Assembly (NCBI GenBank): GCA_947565865.1
Contig: CANOHT010000009.1
Location: forward strand, 10,142-74,141
DNA length: 64,000 nucleotides
Direction of reading: 5' to 3'
Source of the DNA: an uncultured Clostridia bacterium
GTDB lineage: Bacteria > Bacillota > Clostridia > Christensenellales > Aristaeellaceae
The position numbers and the translations under genes are program-made. Numbering within the stretch: the first letter of the stretch is position 1; every line of letters begins with the position of its first letter. The notes under the pieces were generated by a model. It searched no databases and was not told where the DNA came from. It was given only the letters and a program-made list of their open reading frames with translations. Of the stretch, positions 17,255-25,556 are shown piece by piece.

Positions 17255-17977
17255 TCAGCGGACGGCCTTGACCAGCAGCATCATGGGACGGCGAAGCTCG
17301 TCGGCCATACCGGGCAGAGACAGCATGCTCTTTGGAGGCATGGCTTCCTCCACGGCTTTCAGCTGAAAACCGGTCTGAAGCAGGCCGCCGAGAATCTGCG
17401 TCAGCGTATGGTGCTGCTTGGTGACTGTTTCGCCCAGAAAGACCGTGGTTCGCGGCCCGGGCCGGTAGTATTGATCCACAGGCCAGTACAGGGGCGCGCC
17501 GCTGTCGTCGCGTATCCATTCCTGATGAACCCCCGCCGTGAAAACGGGATGCTCAATGTTGAACAGAAAGCACCCCCCTGGCCGAAGGGTGTGGTAAACC
17601 TTGCGGTAAACAGCCGTTAAGTCCTCGATGTAGTGAAGGACGAGATTGGACAGCACCACGTCAAAGGCGGCTTGGGGAAAGTCGAAGCCGTCCAGGTCCG
17701 CGACGCGGTAGGTGATGGCGGGGGCGGCGTTTCTTTCCTGGGCGGCGGCGATCATCCGCGCGCTGGCGTCGATGCCCAGCACGGATGCCGCGCCATGGTC
17801 AGCGGCGTAGCGGCAATGCCAGCCATAGCCGCAGCCCAGGTCAAGCACTCGCTGGCCCGTCATCGGCGGAAACAGAGGTTCCAGCTGATGCCATTCCCCG
17901 GCAGCGGCAAGGCCGTCCTGACTTCGCGGCATCCGGGCATAGGCGTCGAAAAAGCGCTCATCGTCGTAAAGCTGCAT
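17255..17977 (-). CDS. Class I SAM-dependent methyltransferase
   Basis: 240 aa. Motif I is RVLDLGCGYGWH, with VLSNLVLHY as the post-II block. AAGGAGG lies 8 nt upstream. The gene ends 31 nt upstream of the GNAT gene. Confidence 0.85.
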   Translation of the reverse strand: MQLYDDERFFDAYARMPRSQDGLAAAGEWHQLEPLFPPMTGQRVLDLGCGYGWHCRYAADHGAASVLGIDASARMIAAAQERNAAPAITYRVADLDGFDFPQAAFDVVLSNLVLHYIEDLTAVYRKVYHTLRPGGCFLFNIEHPVFTAGVHQEWIRDDSGAPLYWPVDQYYRPGPRTTVFLGETVTKQHHTLTQILGGLLQTGFQLKAVEEAMPPKSMLSLPGMADELRRPMMLLVKAVR

Positions 17978-18230
17978 GGAATCATCCTCCTTAGATGACA
18001 GGCGAATGGCGGCGCCGCTTCGTCCCGCACCCTACTTTAGCATGGCGCTGGCCGGGTGTCAATGGATGTCCCATTGAGATCATGTAGCGGAAAGCATAAA
18101 AATGCAGGAAATATTAGCAAAAATGAAATAAAATACACAATGTGCTCCATGAAATGACAGATGTTTGTGCATAACGGGATGCGAAAACGTCGGAACACAC
18201 AAAGTACAATGTTCTGTTCGTGTTTTTGTA

Positions 18231-18258
18231 TTGCATTCATTTGATTCGGATGTATAAT
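18231..18258 (+). promoter_or_regulatory. Sigma-A type promoter for the C69 dipeptidase gene
   Basis: TTGCAT (18231-18236), a 16-nt spacer, then TATAAT (18253-18258). It sits in a locally AT-rich divergent region. Confidence 0.55.
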
Positions 18259-18336
18259 CGTGGTGCCGACAGAGAACAGGCCGGAGAAGCGACGGGCTGT
18301 TCTGCCGGGATCAACATACCGTAAGGAGATGGAAGC

Positions 18337-19872
18337 ATGAAATACCCTGTCAAGCGTTTGTTCTGTCTCGTGCTGACGGTCGCGATGCTGCTGGCCAGCA
18401 CTGGCGCGCTGGCATGTACCGGCTACTATGTCGGCAAGGACGCGAGCACCAGCGGCGCCTACATGATCGGCCACACGGTGGATGCCTGGAATACCGCCCA
18501 GGCCAAGCAAATTGTTTATCCGCACAGTGAGGAGCCCGGCCGCACGGTGAAGGTGGGCGAAAACGAAGTGCCGCTGCCGGACGTGACCTATCAGTATACC
18601 TCCACCCCCTTTATCGAGGGTCTGTGGGACAATGCTGTGGCCAATGAAATGGGCCTGACCATGACGGGCTCGGTTACGACCTACATCAGCAGCGATATCC
18701 GGGCCATGGATCCTTATACCAAGGACGGCGCTTCCGAGACCTGGGTCACCGGCTACATCGCCGCGGTTTCCGCCAACGCTCGTGAAGCCGTGGAAAACTA
18801 CGGCAAGGTGATGGAGACCTATGGCAGCTCCGAGTCCAACACGTTCATGGTTGCAGATCAGAATGAGGCATGGTATATCGAGAGCTATTCCGGCCATCAG
18901 TGGTGCGCGGTCAGGATGCCTGACGACTGTGTTGCCGTCTTCGGCAATGAATGTATGCTGGGAACGGTGGACACCTATGTGGAGGGTGAATCGCTCCTGC
19001 ATTCCGAAGGGCTGTTCACTGCTCCTGCGGAGGCTGGCCTGGCCGTGTATGATGAAGCGGGCAATATGGATCTGTTCGCCACCTACTGCGGCGCGACCAA
19101 CCTGAACAGCGGAGCTAACCGCCGCACCTGGTACGGCCATGTGCTGCTGGCCCCCTCCACGGCGGGCGATTACAGCATGAAGACCCGGTACGATTTGTTC
19201 TACCGGCCGGATGAAAAGGTCTCCCTGAGCGATATTTTCGAGCTGACCCGCTCCCGTTTTGAGAACACCCAGTGGAATCCAGAGGATACCGGCCGCCCCG
19301 ACATCCGCGTGATTGGCATTGAGCGCCAGGTGAACTGCGCCGTCATCGAGGTTTATCCTGAGCTGCCCGCGGCCATGAGCGCCGTTACCTGGACGTGTCT
19401 GGCCAATGCTGAGCACTCCGTTTATCTGCCGCTGAGCAATCTGATTACCGATGTGGCCGCCATGTACGATTATATGCCCGAGGGCTTCGATGCCAACAGC
19501 TACGGCTACAATCTGGACTATGCGCATACCCACTTCAAGCGTCTGTGCGCTCTGAGCGAGCAGGATCGTCTCCACTATGGCTCCGGTGTGCGGGCCTATT
19601 GGAAGGGTGTGGAAGACGCGCTGGTCGCCGAGTATCCTTCCATCCTGGCGCAGGCTGTCAAGCTGTATGAGGAAGACCCCGCTGAGGCTGCCCAGTATCT
19701 TACCGACTACACAATCGAGAAGCAGGAGAAGGCGCTGGCCGACTGCGACGTCATGTTTGACGAGCTCATGTGGTACGTCATCGCCAACACCAGCACCCAG
19801 CGGTACAACAGCACATCGGGCGAATTCAGTACCTGGAACAACTTCGTTCCTTCTCTGGTATCCGCTGAGTAA
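18337..19872 (+). CDS. Secreted C69-family dipeptidase
   Basis: The signal peptide is MKYPVKRLFCLVLTVAMLLASTGALA, followed by CTGYYVGKDASTSGAYMIGHTVD. That is the N-terminal Cys nucleophile pattern of peptidase C69. Confidence 0.85.
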   Translation: MKYPVKRLFCLVLTVAMLLASTGALACTGYYVGKDASTSGAYMIGHTVDAWNTAQAKQIVYPHSEEPGRTVKVGENEVPLPDVTYQYTSTPFIEGLWDNAVANEMGLTMTGSVTTYISSDIRAMDPYTKDGASETWVTGYIAAVSANAREAVENYGKVMETYGSSESNTFMVADQNEAWYIESYSGHQWCAVRMPDDCVAVFGNECMLGTVDTYVEGESLLHSEGLFTAPAEAGLAVYDEAGNMDLFATYCGATNLNSGANRRTWYGHVLLAPSTAGDYSMKTRYDLFYRPDEKVSLSDIFELTRSRFENTQWNPEDTGRPDIRVIGIERQVNCAVIEVYPELPAAMSAVTWTCLANAEHSVYLPLSNLITDVAAMYDYMPEGFDANSYGYNLDYAHTHFKRLCALSEQDRLHYGSGVRAYWKGVEDALVAEYPSILAQAVKLYEEDPAEAAQYLTDYTIEKQEKALADCDVMFDELMWYVIANTSTQRYNSTSGEFSTWNNFVPSLVSAE

Positions 19873-19901
19873 GCGATTCTTTCATCGGAGATAAAACATG
19901 T

Positions 19902-19946
19902 AAGCGGCGTCGTAAGGGCTATGGCTCTGAACGGCGCCGCTTTTGT
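19902..19946 (+). terminator. Intrinsic terminator after the dipeptidase gene
   Basis: AAGCGGCG...CGCCGCTT is the outer stem, extended by inner pairs, and is followed by TTTTGT. Confidence 0.6.
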
Positions 19947-20174
19947 AGGGAAATCGATCGAACCGCGCAGCGGAAAAAGGGAGTCTGAGGGCCGAAGGCC
20001 CTCAGGCGGGGGCATGGGGGCGAGGCCCCCAACGTTTCCCAACGCGAAGCGAGTAAAACGAAGTCAGGGAGCGAAGCGCCCCGGACGGTCGATTCCTGAA
20101 ACTCGAATGAGTGTGAGCATAATCAAGGCACTGTCCCACATTGCTGGTGGAACAGTGCCTTGGTTGTCGGAAAA

Positions 20175-20465
20175 TCAAGCTTCCTCGCAATCGAAGATGG
20201 CCTTTTGCGCGATGCGCGCGCCGTAGCGTTCCTTCCACAGATGATGGGCTTCGCAGGCGTCATAGGCGCTGAGGGCGTCGGTGTCCATCCGAAGGCGGAT
20301 CAGCAGATCATAGCGGTTGGGCCGGTTCACCACATTGGGCACAACGTTCACCTGGTGAACGCCGGGGATGGTCAGCGCGCCTTCAAACAGGGCCTGAATT
20401 TCCCCAAGCAGAGCATCGGGGTCAGCGGGCGTCTCCTTCCACTTGACCAGAATATGATGCAGCAT
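20175..20465 (-). CDS. Dabb (stress-responsive alpha/beta barrel) family protein
   Basis: 96 aa. The pattern MLHHILVKWKE...VHQVNVVPNVVNRPNRYDLLIRLRMD...AYDACEAHHLWKE is typical of Dabb domains. Confidence 0.8.
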   Translation of the reverse strand: MLHHILVKWKETPADPDALLGEIQALFEGALTIPGVHQVNVVPNVVNRPNRYDLLIRLRMDTDALSAYDACEAHHLWKERYGARIAQKAIFDCEEA

Positions 20466-20477
20466 GGCGACCTCCTG

Positions 20478-21146
20478 TTATTCCGACAGCTCAGTGGGCG
20501 TGGCGGGCTCGGGCGGCGCGGCCAAATCCTGCATCATAATGCACAGCACCCGCACGGCGTTGTCGTTGTTGCCGCTGTTGATTACCACGGACAGATAGCA
20601 GTCCCCGTCCAGGTACATGTACTGTGCCAGGCCCGGCAGCGCGCTGGCCGGGATGCCGAAAAGATGCTTCTCGCCCGTGTCCTGCACGGTGCGCCAGGCC
20701 TTGCTGAGGTCGATGTCCATGCTTTCGGCCAGGGACATCAGTTCGGGATAATCCTCCAGGGGGAGATAAGCGCCCTCCTTGGCGTAGGAATAGAATTGAT
20801 CCTTTTTGAGCAGATAAATGTCGCCCTCCCCGGCGGCAATGTAGGTGCTCAGCTGCATGGGGGCATAGGCGCTGTCCATGGTCAGGAAGATGGAGCGCAT
20901 CTGCTCCATTTCCGGCATATCGTTCAGGCGCAAATCCTCCAGATAGGCATCGAAAACGGTTTGTTCCCCCAAGGCGGAAACGATGAAATCCACCTTTTTG
21001 TCCTCCGGCGGGCGGTAGGCGGTCATGGTGAAGACAAGGTTCCAGCCAACGACGCCGATGACGCACAGCAGCAGATATTTCCACCAGGAATAAGTAAAAT
21101 GATTGCGCAGCGTATCCTTGGTAACAGGTGTTTTCATAAGCGGCAT
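20478..21146 (-). CDS. Hypothetical membrane-anchored protein (one N-terminal TM helix)
   Basis: 222-aa ORF with coding-like composition and the TM segment WWKYLLLCVIGVVGWNLVFTM. It ends 12 nt upstream of the Dabb gene. The start may instead be ATG 21137, which has AAAGG 9 nt upstream. I recognise no domain. Confidence 0.65.
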   Translation of the reverse strand: MPLMKTPVTKDTLRNHFTYSWWKYLLLCVIGVVGWNLVFTMTAYRPPEDKKVDFIVSALGEQTVFDAYLEDLRLNDMPEMEQMRSIFLTMDSAYAPMQLSTYIAAGEGDIYLLKKDQFYSYAKEGAYLPLEDYPELMSLAESMDIDLSKAWRTVQDTGEKHLFGIPASALPGLAQYMYLDGDCYLSVVINSGNNDNAVRVLCIMMQDLAAPPEPATPTELSE

Positions 21147-21351
21147 CCTTTCGGGCAGGCGACGGTTTCAAGCAGAACCATGCGGCGATAGAAGAAGAGG
21201 GACGCCGCCACTGGCCTGACGCCCCCAAGACGTTAACATCCTGGAAGAACACTGCCTTCCGCGATGCCACCATTCCATCCCCATACGATGGTTATTATAC
21301 AGCACAGGATGTGATAAGTCAACGATTTTCGGCGTTATGGCAGAGCAGCGC

Positions 21352-21401
21352 TCAAAGACAAAGCAATGCCCTCCCGCGGCGGTCAGCAACGGGAAGGCAT
21401 T
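21352..21401 (-). terminator. Terminator-like hairpin downstream of the SDR gene
   Basis: On the minus strand: AATGCCTTCCCG...CGGGAGGGCATT (12 bp with 1 mismatch), followed by GCTTTGTCTTTG. Confidence 0.45.
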
Positions 21402-21576
21402 GAGTAGGATGACGCGGTCAGCAGAGTTTCGCGCCCGCAGGGATGTGCGGATTGACCATCAGCCACGGCGCGGAAGCCGGACTTATCATGTCCGCCATGC
21501 TTTCTCAAAAATTGAGCGTTGGCATGCGCGGCACAAGCTCAACACAGCTGCAGTGTCCGTCGCCAAGTGGTTTAAC

Positions 21577-22344
21577 TTAGGGCATGATGGAATTCGCACC
21601 GTCTACAATAACGCTCTGACCGGAATAGTAGCATGAATCCGGGCCTGCAAGGAATGCAATGACAGGCGCGATATCCGTTTCCGGATCTCCGAAACGCTTC
21701 ATAGGATTCAGATTCACCTGTTTTGCATATTCTTCCGGGAACTTTTCTGCCCATGCTTTTGCCGCAGGAGATTCTGCGCCGGGAAGTACAACATTCACAC
21801 AGATGCCGTACTGTCCCCATTCCTTCGCCGCAATTTTTGTCAAACCGCGGAGCGCTTCCTTATTGGAGCCATATGCAAGCTGGCCTGCAATGCCAAACAT
21901 GCCCGTAGCAGAGGCAAAATTGATAATTCTCCCCTCATGCTGTGCCTTCATATAGGGAAATGCCGCCTGCATATAGTTCAGCGAACCAATGACACCGCTC
22001 TCCCATGCTTTCACCATGTTTTCATGCGTCGTATCTTCCACCGATGCAGAAGGAACGATAGCCTGGCCATTATTGACAACAACATCAACCGTACCGTACC
22101 GATCTACCGTCGCCTTCACGACTTCCTCGACTCTTGCCCGATCTGCGGAATCACAGCTCATTGCAAAACCGTCACCGCCCACGCCCAAAGCCTTGATCTC
22201 AGAGATGGTCTGTTCAATAGGCTCCAGACGTCTTCCTGTTGCCACAATCTTCACGCCTCGCTTAGCCAGGCAAAGAGCGATTCCTTTCCCGATGCCCTGT
22301 CCGGCGCCTGTTACAATGGCTACTTTTTCATTCAGCTGTTTCAT
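21577..22344 (-). CDS. Short-chain dehydrogenase/reductase (SDR) family oxidoreductase
   Basis: The Rossmann motif is VAIVTGAGQGIGKGIA, with NNG, a Ser, and the YGSNK (YxxxK) catalytic block. The gene is visibly lower in G+C than its flanks. Confidence 0.9.
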   Translation of the reverse strand: MKQLNEKVAIVTGAGQGIGKGIALCLAKRGVKIVATGRRLEPIEQTISEIKALGVGGDGFAMSCDSADRARVEEVVKATVDRYGTVDVVVNNGQAIVPSASVEDTTHENMVKAWESGVIGSLNYMQAAFPYMKAQHEGRIINFASATGMFGIAGQLAYGSNKEALRGLTKIAAKEWGQYGICVNVVLPGAESPAAKAWAEKFPEEYAKQVNLNPMKRFGDPETDIAPVIAFLAGPDSCYYSGQSVIVDGANSIMP

Positions 22345-22522
22345 GACGTATCCTCCTCAACTATTTTTCTGGCTTTGGCCAGTATCCATCTGATCTATTG
22401 GACAATGATTTTGCAATCCACGATGACAATAAGGTTCCATCCTGATGGTCTAAGTGCGGGATTGGTGTAAATACCTTCTGTGTCACGCTGCCACGGACGA
22501 TACGGAGACGATGATAGAGACT

Positions 22523-24013
22523 TCACTTGTCCAGGGGCTTCATTGTGGGGAACAGCAGCACGTCCCGGATGGTGGGGCTGTCGGTCAGCAGCATCACCAG
22601 ACGATCCAGACCGAAGCCGAGGCCGCCGGTGGGGGGCATGCCATATTCCAGGGCGGAAACGAAGTCCTCGTCCACCTCGGCGTGGATGCCCTGGGCGGCC
22701 CGGGCGGCCACCTGCTCCTCAAAGCGGCGGCGCTGGTCGATGGGATCGTTCAGCTCGGAGAAGGCGTTGCCCATTTCGTGTCCCGTGATGAAGAACTCGA
22801 AGCGCTCGGTGAGCGTAGAGTCCTCCGGCTTGCGCTTGGCCAGGGGAGAAATCTCAACCGGGTAGTCCATGATGAAGGTTGGCTGCACCAGGGTGGCTTC
22901 CACATACTCGTCAAAGAGCGCGGCCAAACAGTCGCCCTTTTTGGCAGTCTTCTCCACATGAACGTTGCGGGCCTCGCACACGGCCCGGGCAGCCTCGTCG
23001 CTTTCCCAGGCGGTCCAGTCCTCGCCGCAGGCTTCCTTCACTGCGTCGGCCATGGTGATGCGCTTCCAGGGGGCCTTCAGGTGAATGGTCTGTCCCTGAT
23101 AAGTCACATCGGTGGTGCCCAGGGCTTTCAGCGCCACGAACTCATAGAGCTGCTCCACCAGTTCCATGATCTCTTTGTAGTCCGCATAGGCCTGGTAGGT
23201 CTCTACGGAGGTAAATTCCGGGTTGTGGGTGGCGTCCATGCCCTCGTTGCGGAAAATTCGGCCTATCTCATATACCCGCTCAAATCCGCCCACAATCAGC
23301 CGCTTGAGATACAGCTCCGTCTCGATGCGCAGGAACATATCCAGGTCAAGGGCATTGTGGTGGGTGCGGAAGGGCCGGGCGGAGGCGCCGATCTCCAGCG
23401 TGTGGAGCACAGGGGTGTCCACCTCCAGGTAGCCGCGGCTGTCCAGGAATTCCCGCACGGCGGAAATGATGGCGCTGCGCTTGCGGAAGGTGTCCCGCAC
23501 CTCGGGGTTCACGATGCAGTCCACATACCGCTGGCGATAGCGCAGATCCGTATCCTGCAGACCGTGGAACTTCTCCGGCAGCACCTTCAGGCTCTTGCAC
23601 AGGAGCGTCAGCGCCTGAACGTGGATGGAAATCTCGCCGGTCTTGGTGCGGAAGGCCGTGCCCGTTACGCCCACAATGTCGCCCAGATCGTATTTCTTGA
23701 AGGCGGCGTATTCGTCCGTGCCCAAATCGTCCCGGGTAACGTAGATCTGGATGTCGCCCTGGCTGTCCAGCAGGTGGGCGAAGGACGCCTTGCCCATAAC
23801 GCGGCGGGAGGTCATGCGGCCCGCCAGAGAAACCGTCTGGCCTTCCAGACCGTCAAACCGGTCGATGATCTCGCGGCTGTGATGGGTCACGTCAAAACGG
23901 GTAATTTCATAGGGATTCCTGCCCTCGTCCAGAAGGGACTGCAGCTTCTGACGGCGGATGATTTCCTGCTCGGTCAGCGCGGGGGTAAGAGGCGTTACGG
24001 GATAATCGGCCAT
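22523..24013 (-). CDS. lysS: Lysine--tRNA ligase (class II)
   Basis: 496 aa. An OB-fold N-terminal domain is present. The class II motifs [20 protein letters not shown] and [20 protein letters not shown] are typical of LysS. Confidence 0.95.
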   Translation of the reverse strand: MADYPVTPLTPALTEQEIIRRQKLQSLLDEGRNPYEITRFDVTHHSREIIDRFDGLEGQTVSLAGRMTSRRVMGKASFAHLLDSQGDIQIYVTRDDLGTDEYAAFKKYDLGDIVGVTGTAFRTKTGEISIHVQALTLLCKSLKVLPEKFHGLQDTDLRYRQRYVDCIVNPEVRDTFRKRSAIISAVREFLDSRGYLEVDTPVLHTLEIGASARPFRTHHNALDLDMFLRIETELYLKRLIVGGFERVYEIGRIFRNEGMDATHNPEFTSVETYQAYADYKEIMELVEQLYEFVALKALGTTDVTYQGQTIHLKAPWKRITMADAVKEACGEDWTAWESDEAARAVCEARNVHVEKTAKKGDCLAALFDEYVEATLVQPTFIMDYPVEISPLAKRKPEDSTLTERFEFFITGHEMGNAFSELNDPIDQRRRFEEQVAARAAQGIHAEVDEDFVSALEYGMPPTGGLGFGLDRLVMLLTDSPTIRDVLLFPTMKPLDK

Positions 24014-24051
24014 TTGGGTTACAACTCCTGCCTGTATCTGAATGTGACGCC

Positions 24052-24531
24052 TTAGCGGCGGATGTCGATGATCTGGTAGTGGACAAGGCCCATGGGAATC
24101 TCAATCTCACGCACCTCGCCAACGCTGGCGCCCAGCAGCCCCGCGCCCACAGGGGACTCGTTGGAAATCTTGTCCTCGTAGGGATCGGCTTCCTCGGCGC
24201 CCACGATGGCGTAGGTGTAGACCTCGCCGGAATCCTTGTCCTTCACGGTGACGGTGGTGCCCACGGACACCTTGTCGGTGGAAATCTCGCTGTCCGCCAC
24301 GACAACGGCGGTGTTGATGGCCTTGGTCAGGCGGTTGATTTCCTCCTCAAGCTTGGCCTGATCGTTCTTGGCCTCGGTATACTCAGCGTTTTCGGAAAGA
24401 TCGCCAAAGCCGCGTGCGACCTCAATCTGATGGGCGATTTCGTTGCGGCGGGTGCCGATGAGATAGTCCAGCTGCTCCTGCAGCTTTCGCATACCCTCTT
24501 CTGTTATCATATTGCGCTTTTCATCAGCCAT
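24052..24531 (-). CDS. greA: Transcription elongation factor GreA
   Basis: I set the start at ATG 24531 ([13 protein letters not shown]), with AAGGAG upstream. The blocks [13 protein letters not shown] and the C-terminal [11 protein letters not shown]...[11 protein letters not shown] are GreA-like. Confidence 0.9.
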   Translation of the reverse strand: MADEKRNMITEEGMRKLQEQLDYLIGTRRNEIAHQIEVARGFGDLSENAEYTEAKNDQAKLEEEINRLTKAINTAVVVADSEISTDKVSVGTTVTVKDKDSGEVYTYAIVGAEEADPYEDKISNESPVGAGLLGASVGEVREIEIPMGLVHYQIIDIRR

Positions 24532-24625
24532 GGTCGGAATACTCCTTTCGGGGATTGATGTCAAAGAAGCACCCTGCCGCCGTCCGGCGGGTTCAAGGTG
24601 CTTTTAAGCCTTCGCATACCGCGAT

Positions 24626-24654
24626 ATTATATCGTTTTTCCGCCGCCTTGTCAA
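24626..24654 (-). promoter_or_regulatory. Consensus sigma-A promoter for greA-lysS
   Basis: On the minus strand: TTGACA (24654-24649), a 17-nt spacer, then TATAAT (24631-24626). The -35 overlaps the stop codon of the upstream GDPD gene. Confidence 0.6.
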
Positions 24655-25439
24655 CGCTTGGGCCGGAAGCCTTCAAAGATTTGAAGGGCGAAACGCTCCT
24701 GATGACGGCGGCGGTCTTCCGGGGAGCGGACGGTCCAGACGGCAAAGGGCGTTCCCAGCCGCCGAAGCAGGCGGAAGGCGGGGTTCAGGCGTCCCTCGGC
24801 GTCGCAGGCAATAAAGTCCGGTCGCCCCAGGACATTGTGCAACAGCGAGGACATGAAGAAGCCGCGCCATCGAAAGGGCCGTGCAGGACAGGCGACCAGC
24901 TGGCCCCGCAGAATGTCGGGCGCGTGCAGGCGGAACCAGAACAGCGCGCGGGGATCAAAGCTTTCCACGCACAGGGGGCCGGGGTAAGCGCGCAAAAGCG
25001 GCAGGACGCGTCGGCACAATTCGCTCAGGCCGGGGCCTGCCTTGAATTCCAGGATAACAGGCGTTTCGCCGCCGAGGGCCGCCAGGGCCTCCCGCAGCGT
25101 GGGGATGGCTTCCTTTGTGCCGGCCAGCCGCAGGAGGGCAAGCTCCGCCGCCGTCAGCTCATGGACGGAGCCCTCCTTGCCGCACATCCGCTGAAGACTT
25201 GCGTCGTGGAAGACCATCGCTTCGCCGTCAGCCGATAGCCGGATGTCCAACTCCACACCATAGCCTGCCCGGGCGGCACGGCGGAAGGCGGACAGGCTGT
25301 TTTCCGGGGCTTCCTTGTCCCATAGCCCCCGATGGGCGTAGTCCAGCCCCAGGAAGAGCCGCATGTCCCGACGGGGCAGCCGGGGCAGGATCAGCCAAAG
25401 CCACAGGAGTACCAGCAGCGCCAGCGCCATGCTCTCCAC
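24651..25439 (-). CDS. Glycerophosphodiester phosphodiesterase family protein with an N-terminal TM helix
   Basis: YAHRGLWDKEAPENSLSAFRRAARAGYGVELDIRLSADGEAMVFHD is the GDPD catalytic signature. The N-terminus LALLVLLWLWLIL is hydrophobic. Confidence 0.85.
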   Translation of the reverse strand: MESMALALLVLLWLWLILPRLPRRDMRLFLGLDYAHRGLWDKEAPENSLSAFRRAARAGYGVELDIRLSADGEAMVFHDASLQRMCGKEGSVHELTAAELALLRLAGTKEAIPTLREALAALGGETPVILEFKAGPGLSELCRRVLPLLRAYPGPLCVESFDPRALFWFRLHAPDILRGQLVACPARPFRWRGFFMSSLLHNVLGRPDFIACDAEGRLNPAFRLLRRLGTPFAVWTVRSPEDRRRHQERFALQIFEGFRPKR

Positions 25440-25556
25440 CTCCCTGACCGCCCTTTTGCGCTCGGACGGCCGAGCCCATTATAGCAAAAGTTTTGCATTT
25501 GCGCCATGGCTGTGTTATACTTTTGCCGCACTATCAAGGGGGAGGCCCTTTTGCCT

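Noticed and set aside
21290-22520. Calling the low-G+C SDR segment a mobile element or genomic island.
   Set aside because: I see no integrase, transposase or flanking direct or inverted repeats, and no tRNA gene at the junction. The compositional anomaly is reported as a finding, not as a mobile_element feature.
24014-24051. I looked for a T-box or L-box (lysine riboswitch) leader upstream of lysS.
   Set aside because: Only 38 nt separate the greA stop from the lysS start, which leaves no room for such an element. lysS is most likely co-transcribed with greA.
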